Positions 42,901-52,200 of a stretch of 64,000 nucleotides of DNA are shown piece by piece. A program made the translations under genes and the position numbers. Positions within the stretch are counted from its first letter, which is position 1. The number at the start of each line of letters is the position of its first letter. Source of the DNA: a virus. Its lineage: Duplodnaviria > Caudoviricetes. The notes beneath the pieces are model-generated. The model ran no database searches. It was not told the DNA's origin and saw only the letters and a program-made list of their open reading frames with translations. The stretch covers positions 34,827-98,826 of IMG/VR virus record IMGVR_UViG_2974731955_000001, one strand, 5' to 3'.

Positions 42901-45323
42901 AAATTTGGAGTGGCTATGAAGTTTGAACTGAATCTAGTACCTTCTGATAATTGATTTAGTTTAGCATCTATGTCTTTTAATATATTAGGTATTTCTTTTG
43001 AAATAGATTTACCAACAGCATTTGACTCATTCGTTATACCAAACTTTTGTTGATTTTCTTCTGGCTTAGATTCGAGTGCTGTTTTTAATTGTTCTAATGC
43101 TTGCTTTTGAATGTTTAACTTAGTTAATGCAACAGCAGTAAGCTTCTCTTCTGGAGAATAATGATTTAACATTTGATCATTTTCCAAAGTAGTATAGAAA
43201 GCATTGTCTGCCTCTTGTGCTTGATTGGCATTGTCAAGTGCTTCTTGTGCATCTATTGTAGCCAAGTGTTGCAATCCAATTAAAGTATTATATTCAGTAG
43301 TTCCAGGATTGTATCCAATAGTCTTACCAATATTTTGGTTTACTTTAGATTTAGATAAACTGAAAATGTTATTTGCAGTAGCTATTTCATCATTTAAATC
43401 TTGTTCAGTAATACCTTCTGGCAAATTATACTTATAATTTTCAAGTACATCAAGTACATTTTGTTGATAATTCAACTTTTTATTTGCCATTTCAGAGTAT
43501 GATATAGCTTTGATCATTGCATCTTTTTTACCAATGTGATCTGCAACTACGTCTCTTACAAAAGAATTGGCAGTCATATCTTTGTAAGTTTTCAATCCAG
43601 AATGATAAGCAATCGTAGGTCCCCCCATGTACAAACCTAATGCAAATCCCCCTTTTACATCATTCCAAAATTGTGGATCATTTGCTAATTCAGATTCAGT
43701 ATCTATTCCAGATAATATTTTTGCAGTACGATAATTGGCGTCAGCTAAGCCCATTAAAGATTGAAAAATACTGCTAGACTTTCCATCATACTTACCAGAA
43801 ATATAATCATAATCAAATACATCTTGATTGGCTTCTTCAAACGCTTCTCCAGTAGCAGAAAAACCCAATCTACCAAGTGCTTTGGCAGCTTGCAGACTAG
43901 CATTTTTTACTGGGGAATTGTATGCAAGTCTAGCATTAAACCCAGTATAAGCGTCTATAAGTTTGTTATATTTACTTGCTGCAGCTTCGCTTAATTTCGT
44001 ACCTGTTTTTAACAATGGGTTTAAAGCAGTTTTAATTGGAGCTGTTATTATTTTACCCATAGCTTTACCAAGAGGTGCAAATACTAAAGCAGATTGAGCA
44101 ACATCCATAGCAGATAATGCCATGTTGTTATCATAAACTCTTTCTAATCCATCTTTTAAAGATCTTTTAGCATTTGCTAGAGTTGCATCATTTATGTTTA
44201 TCTCTCCAGATATAACTCTATCTATTATCTCATCATCAGAGATCTTAGAAACATCTATATTGGGGTATTGTTGTTTTAACTGGTTTCTACCAATTTCAGC
44301 ATATTGTTTAATGTCAATACCTTGTTCCTTTAAACTATCTTCAATTCTAGATCTATACGCACCATATACTTGAGCTAGAGACTCTCTATGTCTACTGTAT
44401 ATATTACCAGCAACACTAGCTGCAGTAGCTGCAATTGCACTACCCCACCCAATTAAATTAGATGCAGCACCAATTCCAGGTACAGCGTTCAATGCTCCAG
44501 TAGTAGCATAATGTCTACCTAACCATAAAGCTCCAGTAGCTAAAGCATCTGCAATATAACCATTAACAGTTGCCATAGAAGAACCTGTTAAACCTGGACC
44601 AGCGTATAAGAAATAATCTGGGGAATACCAAGGTTTATCTTGAGCTCTTTGTTCCTTTATTCTAAATTCAGAAGACGGTGTATAATTTTCAGATCTTTCT
44701 CGTAAGTTAGAATATATATTATTTATTTCTTCATTTACTTTAGATCTTTCTTCTTCCCACGATTTTCTAGAATTACTTAGATATTCAATTCTCGCATCAA
44801 TGTTATCACCCTCTTTTTCACCATATTTAGACAAGATGCTATCGTATTGCTCTTGTCTATCTGCTAATGTTCTTTGAAGTTGAAAATATTCAGATATTGC
44901 ATTTTTGTATTCTTCAGAATTCTCATCCAAAGTAGGAATAGTATTTTCAAGATTTTTAAGCTTTTGCTTATCACTAAGAAAATTCAATTCATAATCAATA
45001 TCATCTAATACGGGATTTATATCCTTAGCTAATTTAGCTCTTTCCGACATTAGATTGATTTGATCTCTACTATTCATAAAAGTGGTCCATGCATCTTTTA
45101 AGTAGCTCTTATCTTTAAGAGTTTCCTCTGGATTTTCTTTGTCCAATAGATACATTTCTTCATAATCATCAATTGGAGTTTGTTCCAATTCACGATCGTA
45201 CCCTGTTTTAATTTTTGTTAAAGGGGAATGCTGTGCATTTACTTGCCGTATAGCGGCAGTAGTGGCATTGGTTTTAGAGGGAATTAAACCAGCATTGTAT
45301 TTGTCTAATATAGATGTTTCCAT
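30999..45323 (-). CDS. Virion-packaged RNA polymerase polyprotein with zincin-like, macro-like and SF1 helicase domains
   Basis: GYRIPAQ and GSDFDIDK (crAss-like RNAP catalytic motif), LYHEAFH (HEXXH), VFVFGSNTQGKHGKGAA, and GYAGTGKST / IIDEASMV / YVAVSRAK (RecD/Dda-like). Confidence 0.9.
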   Translation of the reverse strand: METSILDKYNAGLIPSKTNATTAAIRQVNAQHSPLTKIKTGYDRELEQTPIDDYEEMYLLDKENPEETLKDKSYLKDAWTTFMNSRDQINLMSERAKLAKDINPVLDDIDYELNFLSDKQKLKNLENTIPTLDENSEEYKNAISEYFQLQRTLADRQEQYDSILSKYGEKEGDNIDARIEYLSNSRKSWEEERSKVNEEINNIYSNLRERSENYTPSSEFRIKEQRAQDKPWYSPDYFLYAGPGLTGSSMATVNGYIADALATGALWLGRHYATTGALNAVPGIGAASNLIGWGSAIAATAASVAGNIYSRHRESLAQVYGAYRSRIEDSLKEQGIDIKQYAEIGRNQLKQQYPNIDVSKISDDEIIDRVISGEININDATLANAKRSLKDGLERVYDNNMALSAMDVAQSALVFAPLGKAMGKIITAPIKTALNPLLKTGTKLSEAAASKYNKLIDAYTGFNARLAYNSPVKNASLQAAKALGRLGFSATGEAFEEANQDVFDYDYISGKYDGKSSSIFQSLMGLADANYRTAKILSGIDTESELANDPQFWNDVKGGFALGLYMGGPTIAYHSGLKTYKDMTANSFVRDVVADHIGKKDAMIKAISYSEMANKKLNYQQNVLDVLENYKYNLPEGITEQDLNDEIATANNIFSLSKSKVNQNIGKTIGYNPGTTEYNTLIGLQHLATIDAQEALDNANQAQEADNAFYTTLENDQMLNHYSPEEKLTAVALTKLNIQKQALEQLKTALESKPEENQQKFGITNESNAVGKSISKEIPNILKDIDAKLNQLSEGTRFSSNFIATPNLVNKGIDSYVNTMIANHDLLVAEHKMNEIFGNTLEDGKLINFNNASNESKKKIGKKIKERIDNYINNSDESSKIVEENAKDVVEAESAKEMSREAANQSDDQQPITNNETQVDNQVATEVEQEKATSPKTPIMDDRATSDIDTKIPVAEKEVKEDEEFPTKGLEELSKEFEDTLAKVKEKKQEDTERKPKPEPKPVVETQEDEEDEIEFERADEKALIDLANSEAVSDEDDKKVSETYETSNPEVTEESQVKWARKKIATESKMNRRADMDSETRDLDESLEMEELVQDKVSHTLFFNPDATTPIYPGTKPGKELAERIKDPNFFNDSFCEFVINKDYTEKGHKPYKENDPSTYDSASIIMLIHHGTGDYAMALKTPSGARTFLAAKLSSIPKERLTEEDINLINNANDLSIADLRRFRNAVISTIESATNDEAVVPSTIVRTKGIPNVVRKDGRAVFRPIHEVKGLEVPTEITDITPENVTFGISDGIVKDSDIIGANGEMLPGKGGSGQLFIYPPKSSTLSNQMLPLQLTLQRFDRNQAEFLAELLINYGTNTNSEYRDTGVIAGELIDFMVRFGDATKVTTADKTFDWLKEKQLYIDDNSNLIVGEKTFNIGNLSTQDKKDIVEALMGFHWRVARKNFFRPIKEALPSIYDYFNHNSVDSIEIIPGITLTKDDFVSSTPVYTMGVLEKAGIIKSDLDDQLFKDSFAYAEDVQKIPRKINNPEVKEAVENKASSLPNIPSTPEPQTEVTEDVTTSEVTTKDDSYIKEITNDGEIDPLSLGIDEDFDVPFRKVAGNISEVVTPEEIQWFRNKLGLPEDSLHIVEDAIALGGNEYAMGLVRKDSTILWKGAERGTLYHEAFHRVSLLTISPKERKKIYEFYRNRTGFVGSDKQVEEALAEDFRQYMLNKVDPELNLLKRAWKAIKNFISKWVWRTDTSIDNIFNRIASGYYNRSKQNSDAVNEFLAAYKGAGAPFKVRGHKFKNINNTQFKETVNSLVGALFTLNNVRLRDDLQNLNYGVLKAALKPEITAKLVEKGTITKEQGEVRNEIYNTFDTVFKPEIINKLNEYQIRAVDKQENIDAEIDEKAVGNDVGDQMANYIQEQLAVSVKDNALASIKIFIATMPRTEFVMKQKTNPDGTVTQVQGVAAIKSPVTGLPLMVDFDKSWNTIINEIHSENTFKGMMNKSAKLAKVTPLFKTLYNELYKITNEYVQKKGIQEDEVQKIARENLQTQFRNTFRKARHKLVGILSEKVEDENGNEQTNLYVKDENANKVSKNILEGWNYNLITNSSVLDTSDNLFKAKVSESEEFVAREINNEFNKIIKIVEKYKTTPNKKLVNGQTYKEYVPEKLITIKNKIVDLLNKVGVEIDLESLNSFLTKEYYNSDPTEALVSMLSDRSNKSIYFFFNSKVKDLAKIQESGVVPDQYNRSITKYYADSKFLGRLAETYAMLHPSSDELSVLSTDGKLLYPISEHNYLSDMVQRLDNDPATVEALTKVLYNTGNNDNPNYFKGSVLLTNLYNNADVKGKIGFETLVYFKEQGSADKGRKYTEISPLEDYIAKMTFTRAGRIILPTMGDSQTYNTLYGTAINNFKNPFDVSNGEIKFDAQILKRFINYFETELDTIEFNYKNEKNLTEEQKIKNYDTGNRNGYRFRYFNGFFKLKERPTLNGIEFEKDFSNFNEALDLAEDLGGNEYGTSIISQIRNNWNKFSNAEKANLMNNYLWDAFKDELNYAQELGIIKWDGNKIASVTSLALPQKALEEASSHYKKSATVSNYSENLGAAEMIGNYFANTISSVIEFEKLFIKDPAYYKNPVDKIKRLREVLSTGVTPRIDYEEGNPMADLTEVNVGTLSDNIIVSRQADQIAEYAKRSAAIRLLQEMHNMTLDEAIRTYDSSEALPQDVEDAANLIVRDKFDGYLNPKGKVNQTDATVLISPEFYKELVRRVDGWTPQVAKAFDLLNDPNADLEADVDTYAEALAVTLKPLKFMYFGDHYDVDAKRDIPVFDKMAMFPVHRIFSTGDMGKVLEVMQSRNIHMLAFDSAVKVGQRAKEVKSRIYKDKTNKEIDMDSLMSMPTHKQSLTNFRRQLITDPHHAERQMFVSQAQKAAMGNIRSAWKYTTPDGKVYNGDELINNFNGAHNAITEAGRREIERDFGITPDKPQVSVQRFAEIMQRKALSSNMNDNVINGLDVENGETVAPISGLSDNSWIESGLISMLNKSIVDTNLPGGMFIQMSSILYNRIAVTSDAQNERKLRFANTDGTMDCVISINLLKHIIPDYDKKTFSEAKKWLIDRGVVGPNSKALAMGYRIPAQGQASTAALKVVDLYPEQIGDTITLPDEFTSLTGSDFDIDKLFVARYNYDKNGNRIKFETKEDYTNRLREAGLDDETIVRKVYERYNGKTDFEANSKEANENMLLDMYISVISNPLNFAEARQPLDTVTDYLKDTILKEVDTITGQGKRTSKSQLYYATPTFQSRTKAELNGGKFGIGPFALANAHQVLTQLVKLRFKPNKILRDYGISNLYGIQSNDRNKINILDWLSALINAHVDVAKDPYIIRLNVRKLTFNMTNFLIRSGKGESTFYFLPQQILKDFAIEYDKYSGFYNVDTQNKNPESLAYRTIWNTYFEKAKSLSKGKYDQLLDFLNDKGVGVKQREKMFDVNYLKKQLKKEETFDWYYNQLLIMKTYQELDPFSRSLSELTTLSQIDTKRFGNNFGLQSAFLDKWKQFMVEQQVFEDPIKVFSNTFLGKKMQDALIFPRIAFQNTMIRLTPEFENLRILIEFYTKGYAISDDTYINNITRSMEATYKAGFFNKYLAENGIKLSSLLGGPNSISKRLDRIKSDVRSGKYPDLLSSDGSFENVLINNIFSRPKEDTTELNGPDFIAYKPNKSGDNNLENEIIRAWEELWDSDYQEIRDFAKDLALYAFYTSGDAFGKNNIFRYVPNSIREEIGYFDYIRDLERNPDDAVKDIKVFQVIKDLWWNDHVVPTIDYYVLDSSRETIEEEGRPVYRALPHEDSGFTVVNKKGVEVQIPGIIYDKKSQSIISFNQNDQPIYPPFKKVKLDRNNDPRTTFLYEYIGINEDEAPVYRLINKKGIAYRGNVLIENGRSKSVLKYNNVVPKGYEIMPEEPITWVTDLTPVKASLQAKAFNQAGEFNTDMFANIQQTVKTQQATEPLSYQEWVKDYQTQKGEADAEAAYQQYLDNFEYSKPSAIQRKTYSGMIQNLAPNQVFVFGSNTQGKHGKGAALTAKNKFGAIYGQAEGPQGQSYAIITKDLTKNTHPSRTPEQIKEQIHNLYEYARENPDKEFLVAYSGKGTNLNAYSNQEMADMFSSEPIPNNIVFEQEFNELISITRESKADEQSPVQLNASTNLAEAWSQKEGWSTEVQKEKDTTNEFLDYANQFGFTDEAASLAKDLPKAVEEAKKVEEEYVFTFNDGFKINLPFSLNDQQKSALYELEKFIEDYGTEITLSGYAGTGKSTIIGIFSKWLDHRIGRGNIVYTAPIHRANVITKQNNPNANVYTLSALFGFTPDTDEAMEHESLDLNDLKFRAKNQMKYEAGQLIIIDEASMVQDGLYEYVQEIIAKYNGSVIYVGDSAQLRPVKSNHISKVFTSDGVPQITLTKVERTGDNPILKEATRLRRGEGLSYQTDINDKGQGVLYTSNDTVINENLKQIISSEEFNADPLHFRVITATNAAAATYNSKIRSLRYGKFAKPFVKGDILMGYSNKLRKPDGSYRLINSMDYIVQNVRDTTVKFRTDKGTIEFKAFNLSIRPVGGTIMNDFQLTVIDKNEPDSKIFEIVEYKDRLFKMAKEAKQNGQISRSRDLNQMAYSVDNELNITKNLKDNQGRLKIRKAIDYGYAQTVWKSQDSTYSKVLILSNEIDTFGYGKDAMQLRNELRYVAVSRAKNFVIINSEAENKKKVSMRNEIAEEDLLDDIEFEPATEEQAIKASLQDSIDELTANGKQRRKECE

Positions 45324-45326
45324 ATA

Positions 45327-47240
45327 TTATTGTAACAGATTAAGCATAGTTTGATAAAGTTCGATATCAGAAGAATATGATTCGTTATATGAACTATCAT
45401 ATAAATCATTTTGTAGTTTAGACCCACCATGTTCTTTATTGACTTCTTGATCAAAAGTCATTCTTGTCATACCATGTGGATCAATTGGTTCCATTGCATC
45501 AAATGTAAAGTATTCTCCAGTAAGAGCTGCACCACCTCTGGTGTCAGAGTGACCCCATGCATCTTCCACACTTTCACCTTTTATTGGCTTAACACTTAAA
45601 CCAACTTCAGATGTTAAACCCATAGTTTTATTAACCATTTCTTTAAAACTGTCAACATCATAGTTAGCATTTCTTATAGACTGAATAGGTATCTTAACAC
45701 TAACCCTTTGAAATAATTGTGGTTGGCCATTGGATTCACCTACCATTATTTTGTTTCTAGGCACCTTTATAACATCTTGGAATACTCCAGATTTTAGGTC
45801 TTCTGCAAAGTTTCTATTAAGTCTTGAATTATCCTGAACAGTGTATTTCATAGAAGGTACCTTCATCATTTTGTTTACAAAGTCTGTGGACAATATTAAT
45901 CCATTAGTATCTGGAATAGTAAACCCATTAGTTATAGCATCATTACTATTGATTTCTACTTCTTTAGAAGATTTTATTTTATTGTAACGGTTCATAACTA
46001 ATCCTGAAGTAGGATAAGTAAGCTCGTTCAACACCCTGGACGCAGTATCATAGTACAATGGTAACTTTTCTTGTTTTACTCCAACAGCTGGGAATATATC
46101 AGATTGTTTAGCAAACATATCCCTAACATCCTCTGCATAAGCATTTGCCATAGCTTCATTACTGTAGTTCTTTGATGCAGATTCTTGGTATGCCTTATAC
46201 ATAGTGTTGTATTCTTCTGGAGTAATAGCACCTAATTCTAGAGCATTAGCAGCGTCTGTCAAAGTCTGTATCATAGATGCTTGACCTTCTATAAATGATC
46301 TTGTTCTAGTTAGATTTGGATTATTTTGCATTTGACGCTTTTCTTGAACTACTGCGTCATTATACAATTTAGTATAAGCATCTGGATAATCAGTTGGTTG
46401 TTCACCATTTTTTCCTTTTCGTGTAGCTGCAACTCTTAAAGCTTGTTGTTCTTTCAAAGCTTGCATTGCATATGGGTCTACTGTAATATTATTTCTAATG
46501 TATTCTTGATTATCTATATATGCTCTTTCCATAAAAGCATTTGCAGCATCTTCAGCGGTTGCTCCAGGGTTCTGTTTTAAGTACACTTGCATATGCATTT
46601 GAGCCTCAGGAGTAGATAGTATACCACTTTTATTTTCATCCAATATTTTTTTAATTTGATCCCCAGTTACACCAGTATGAATAAAACCATTGGATCTACC
46701 CAAATAGCTATCTTTAAGATTATTTACATATTTATCTGTAAGATCTTTTATTGATTGATAACCTAGTGGAGATACATCATTATAAATACCTGAAGTAAGT
46801 GTGTTATAACCAGTAAAATCAACATCGTGCCACAAGGGATTATATTTACCTTCTAGCATTAGACGTTGATTTACTTTTTGTCTCTCTCTTAAACCTTCAG
46901 CACTTTGACGAAGCATACTTAATTTAGCTCTGTCTACATTGTTTATTGCTGAATATATCTTAGATCTACCTTCTGCAGTTTTTATCATGTCTAAGTTTTT
47001 AGACAATTCTTCAGCCACAGGCAAAGCTCTACCATAAGTTTCATCATAGTATGCTTTTGTGTCAGCAGCGGATGGAGATTGAAATTCAGCCCATTTATCC
47101 AAAGCTGTTGAATAATCTTTTAATGCTTGATCTACGTTTTCTTTTGCCTGCTTCCCAAGTGTATACAATTGTTCAAATGGAATTGGAACGTATGTATTTA
47201 TGAATTCTGCTTGTGCAGGATTATCATATCTATTTACCAT
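45327..47240 (-). CDS. Virion cargo protein
   Basis: 637-aa ORF with an NRYD...YVPIPF N-terminus, directly upstream of the RNAP. Confidence 0.65.
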   Translation of the reverse strand: MVNRYDNPAQAEFINTYVPIPFEQLYTLGKQAKENVDQALKDYSTALDKWAEFQSPSAADTKAYYDETYGRALPVAEELSKNLDMIKTAEGRSKIYSAINNVDRAKLSMLRQSAEGLRERQKVNQRLMLEGKYNPLWHDVDFTGYNTLTSGIYNDVSPLGYQSIKDLTDKYVNNLKDSYLGRSNGFIHTGVTGDQIKKILDENKSGILSTPEAQMHMQVYLKQNPGATAEDAANAFMERAYIDNQEYIRNNITVDPYAMQALKEQQALRVAATRKGKNGEQPTDYPDAYTKLYNDAVVQEKRQMQNNPNLTRTRSFIEGQASMIQTLTDAANALELGAITPEEYNTMYKAYQESASKNYSNEAMANAYAEDVRDMFAKQSDIFPAVGVKQEKLPLYYDTASRVLNELTYPTSGLVMNRYNKIKSSKEVEINSNDAITNGFTIPDTNGLILSTDFVNKMMKVPSMKYTVQDNSRLNRNFAEDLKSGVFQDVIKVPRNKIMVGESNGQPQLFQRVSVKIPIQSIRNANYDVDSFKEMVNKTMGLTSEVGLSVKPIKGESVEDAWGHSDTRGGAALTGEYFTFDAMEPIDPHGMTRMTFDQEVNKEHGGSKLQNDLYDSSYNESYSSDIELYQTMLNLLQ

Positions 47241-47241
47241 A

Positions 47242-49263
47242 TTAAACTCTATTTCTAGTTCTTGTTAATAAATTATCCACTTGTTCTTTAGTAAATCCTT
47301 GACTTAAGAAATCAGCTAAGAATGGTAGTGTCATTTGATCCCTATTGTATTGATTTTGCATTTGTCTATTTACTTGAGACCATTTACCAAGTTGACTAGT
47401 TGCAGTTGCTCCAAAGTTTCTAGCAGCAGCTCTGTTTCTAGCATTAAGATCGTTGTACATATTTTCACTTTGTACAAATTGTTGTCCTAAATTATTAAGA
47501 GTATTTGCGTATTCTCCTAAGTAAGCATTGTCAGCATTTTGTTTAGTGGCGTACATGTTTGCATTAGAAGCATACTCATCAACAGCGGCTTGAGTTCTTG
47601 CTGCTAAATTAGCACCAGTATTAGCATTAATATTTGCTAAGTTATAATTTGAAATGGCCCTTGATCTACTGTTAGCTAATCTAGCTGGTTCAATGTTCAT
47701 TCTACGTCTAGCCATTGTATTTCTAACTGCACCAGCATATGGGTTTAATACTAATGGTTCTTCTTCTGGTCCTCTTAATGATTGTAAAGTATTATACACT
47801 GTAGGAGCCAATGATAACCAATCTGGTGAATATCCACTTTTTGGTTTACCAAGTGCACGTTTCTTAGTAGCTTCATCTGCAGACGTTGGTATATTTACTG
47901 GAGTAACAATATCCTCCCAATCTATTGCCATACTAGTGTTTACTAGTGGTATTGTTGGTTCAGATAATCTTTGAGTAGTAGTTTTAGTAATGTTAGGTTT
48001 GGTTGTCTGTTTGGTGGTTACAGAACCAGTAGTACTAGGGGTTTTTGTAACTTGTTTATTCGATGCATTTGTATACGTGTTTGTTAAAGTTGGTTCAGAT
48101 TCAATCGGTAAAAGAGGTATATCAACAGCGATTGGTTCATCGTTTGCATATGTGATTGCATCTATCATTTGTGTTGGATATGAAAACCAAGCACCAGTAG
48201 TAGGAGAGCCAATTGATAAAGGATTCATAGATGTACTTCTGTTAAATACTTTACCAACGTTGGAGTCACCAGTATAATTGGTAGAAGTGACAGAAGGTTT
48301 TGTATCTCTTGCGGATTTTACAGCGTCAGTTATACCCTTGTTATTTATAAGAGGACCAAATATGCGTTTTGGAAAATACCCCAATGCTTCACCAAATTTA
48401 TTTAATCCTGTACCTAGTTCATCGAAGAAATCAGAATATGCAGCGTATGTATCTGCATTCATCTTACTTCTAACATCGTCTACAGTTTTACCTTTACCAT
48501 CTGCATATGCAGGTATTCCTTTTACTTTGGGTTTAACTCCTTTAGCAGCTTTAACTGCTTCTTGTTCTGCTAATAATTTATTGTAAGCTTTATTAGCATT
48601 TATTTTATTTAATCTGTTTGTATTTTCAGCAAACTTGTCTTTGCCTTTGCTAGGTTTCGTCATCTTAGATAATATTTGTCCTTCCTTAGCAAATGTGTTC
48701 TTTGTACCAGGTCTTTTAATTTTGTCAGATAACACAGATTCCAAAGTAGACGCATCAACTAAATGATTATCTGTGCCTGGTTGAGTATTTGGAACTTGAA
48801 CAATATTTCCATAATCATCTCTAACCACTTCATTGTTGTCCAAGTAAGCTAAGTCTGGGAGTATTCCACCATTCTCGAATGTATATGCAAGATCATTATC
48901 ATCCCAATATTCTCCTTCAGTTTCAGCTGCGGCATTCATACCTATTTTAGTTTTATTGAGAGTTTCTTTTCTGCGTCTTAACGCTTGCATTTGTTTCTTG
49001 CGTTTAATTGAACCAATAAGTCCACTCACTAATCCTAATCCACCACCAACAGCAGCACCAATAGGACCACCTACAGTGAGACCAGCACCGGCTAACGAAG
49101 CTGCACTGCCAATAGTACTACCTGCAATATCACCTGTTGAACCTTCTTCTGATAAACCAGAAATGGCAGAGCCAAATACATTAGCTCCACCAAGGTAGTT
49201 TGACAACTGATCCATGCCAAACGCATATGCTGGTATAGTATTTTTGTTATTTTTCTTTTTCAT
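47242..49263 (-). CDS. Virion structural / ejected protein
   Basis: Gly/Ala-rich hydrophobic N-terminal segment and Asn/Ala/Gln-rich helical C-terminus. Confidence 0.65.
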   Translation of the reverse strand: MKKKNNKNTIPAYAFGMDQLSNYLGGANVFGSAISGLSEEGSTGDIAGSTIGSAASLAGAGLTVGGPIGAAVGGGLGLVSGLIGSIKRKKQMQALRRRKETLNKTKIGMNAAAETEGEYWDDNDLAYTFENGGILPDLAYLDNNEVVRDDYGNIVQVPNTQPGTDNHLVDASTLESVLSDKIKRPGTKNTFAKEGQILSKMTKPSKGKDKFAENTNRLNKINANKAYNKLLAEQEAVKAAKGVKPKVKGIPAYADGKGKTVDDVRSKMNADTYAAYSDFFDELGTGLNKFGEALGYFPKRIFGPLINNKGITDAVKSARDTKPSVTSTNYTGDSNVGKVFNRSTSMNPLSIGSPTTGAWFSYPTQMIDAITYANDEPIAVDIPLLPIESEPTLTNTYTNASNKQVTKTPSTTGSVTTKQTTKPNITKTTTQRLSEPTIPLVNTSMAIDWEDIVTPVNIPTSADEATKKRALGKPKSGYSPDWLSLAPTVYNTLQSLRGPEEEPLVLNPYAGAVRNTMARRRMNIEPARLANSRSRAISNYNLANINANTGANLAARTQAAVDEYASNANMYATKQNADNAYLGEYANTLNNLGQQFVQSENMYNDLNARNRAAARNFGATATSQLGKWSQVNRQMQNQYNRDQMTLPFLADFLSQGFTKEQVDNLLTRTRNRV

Positions 49264-49264
49264 A

Positions 49265-52200
49265 TTATATCATTGAGTATCTATAAGCTGTACTAATATA
49301 TGGTACTTTAAATTCATTACCACCATTACAATCATACTTATAATTACAGATAAGATATTTTCCTTTCATCCTATCTTTGTATGATTTGTTAGCCAGTTGT
49401 TCTACTTCATTAAGCTTCAAAGAATTACGAGGGATTGCAAATTTATAAGTATCCTCCCTGTAATCAATATCTTCACTAGTTAATGTTTCACTAGTCTGTC
49501 TTTTTGTAGTAAATAATATCAAATCAAAATTAGTATCTGTAGTAAAATCACCACCATATTCAACATTATCAAATGTTTTGGTTTGTGGATAATCTTTGTT
49601 AACTACAAATTCTATTTCAGATACCTTTGCTTTGTCAGAATCTAAATCAGCTTGTTCACCACCATTATATTTAAACAGTTTCAATGATTTAAATAAATAT
49701 AGTTTATCACTAAACTCTGCATAATAGTCTGGATTATAGTTATAGAATGAAGTAAATACTCCTAATTGTTCATTAAACGCTAATGTTTTATCTCCTAGAG
49801 TAAACAGAACTTCATTGTATTTCTTATCATATACTGCAATAGGATCTTTTTTAAACAAGTCTTTATTCTTATTCAAATAAGATTGAACTCCTTTTAATTT
49901 AGATACTGTTTGTAATTGACCATTAAAACCACATATCTCATTACGTTTACTATCATACCAGTACACAGTGCTATCTGATTGAGTATTTGCTCTTAACTGG
50001 TTTGGACTTTCACCATTCATTGTAGTAAAATAGTCATATCTATCTAGTATACCACCAGTACCTAGAGTAAGAGTACCGGGATTATTATCAGTTATAATAG
50101 AACGTTCGTTCACTGCAACTGTGCCAAAAGCGTCGGTTTGCCAGAATACTAGATTGTTTTTAAATAACTTCATATCATTAATTGGTCCAAATCTAGTATC
50201 TACATCAAGATAATTGGCTACTTTGAATTTTGTCCATGAATCAGTAACTTCATTATTTGTTTTAAGCTCTGAAGATATGATACGAGTATCTGTTAATAAA
50301 TTATCTATATTGTAAATAGATTTAGCTACAAACTTTTTTGCATTAGGTTGAGCAGAGTAAGCATCATTGTATGCATATGATGGAGTGTTCTGAGTATATA
50401 AATCACCAACAGTAATTATATCGTCTTCTACAAAGTGATTAGCATATCCATCACCAGCTTGATAAGTTCTATTTATAGATGAATCAGCATGGGTTAACGC
50501 TAGATTAACACTTGACTCGCATGGTATGAAAGCCCCTAAGAACAATCTATTTGCTTTATTGTTATAATAATCGTCTGTATTATAACTAAACATACAGTTA
50601 TTATAATCAAATATGTTTAGATATGTATCACCACCATAGCACAGTACTGTGGAAACACTAGATTCAGCGCTAGCACCAGTAGTAATATATACAGAATTCT
50701 GTATAGCAGAGTATGAATTACCGCCATATGCATTTACGCTTTGCTTTATATTACACAAAACAACTGCATTGACATATCTGTAACTAGAAGTACTTACAGC
50801 TAGTGGTATATTAGCAACCATGTTGTCACTCTTGAATATGGCACATATTCCATGAGGACCATATTTTCTAACATTATTTGCATCAGTCTTATCTACTTCA
50901 CTGTCTCCTGCAGTTCTAATATTATCCCACACCCAGTTATAATATACTTTATCACCAATAGTAATTGCTTCAGCATTATACCAAGGTTGATCACCATTTG
51001 TTAACCAAGGACTACTGGGTCCTGCATATTTCGCACTTTCTATTGCAGCAGATTGAACACCATTTTCAACATATAAACCATAGTATTTAGCAAGTAACGC
51101 TGAATAAAAATCATCATTGTTTATTACTATGGCTCCATTAGCCACATAACCATTACTAGATTGACCTCCTAATGATTTAGTTGGTTTTATTGTAGAACCG
51201 TCATACTTTATAGATCTGGCATTTGCTAATACTTTTAGAGAACCATCTGTAATACCCCAGTTACCATCTGCAGTAATAGGAGATGTCATAATCCCTACCT
51301 TTTCAACTGTTTGAAACTTATCAATTAACGCATCTGCATTTTCTCTGTTAATCGCTATCTCTGGAGACACGAACATGAAATAATTATTAGATTGCGTATC
51401 TGATAAGTTAAAAGTATATTGAAAATCTCCATCGTTATGAGTCTTTGCATAGTAACCATGCTTATTTGAATAAGCTAGATATGGGAATGGTGTTAAGATG
51501 TTAGAATCTCTGTCATAATTTGTAATACAACTTACTACTCCTTGAGCTAATATAGTTCTATCAGATAGAGTTCTTTCGCATCTAACTATCTCATATCTTA
51601 CTACGTCTGATGGTAAATTCTTTACTTCAAATTCAATACCAAGAGGTTTAGTAACAACTGATAAATTAGATCCATAATCACTAGCCTCATTAGAAGTAAA
51701 AAACTTATAACCTGTATCTTTATTAGATGGCATTCTTATGTCACCTATCCAATGCACTGGTGATGCCAAACCTTGCTTATTATACAATACTATACCAAAT
51801 CTATAAATCTCATCCCTCATATATCCTTTTACTTTGGATTCTATTTCAGCATTAGAATAGTTTGGTATTTTGTTACCAGATGATAAGCTTATTGTATTTG
51901 ATTTATCATTACCTTCATAGTTGATACCTAAACTAGTAAGTGATCTTGAAGAAGAATTGAATGTAAATTCTTCGTCTATCATTCCTCTAGATGTGGTAGA
52001 TGCATCTTCTAGTAAGTCCGTAGTAATAAACCTATATGATACGTTCTTACCCTTTCCACCTTGTATATATCCTCCTGTTGGAGAAGTAGTGTATTTATAA
52101 GCACTACCATCAACATTAAATGGGCATATACAATCATGATCCTTTGGTATATTTGTAGTGGTTAACGCAGATAAAGCAAAATTTAATGAAGAACCAGAAT

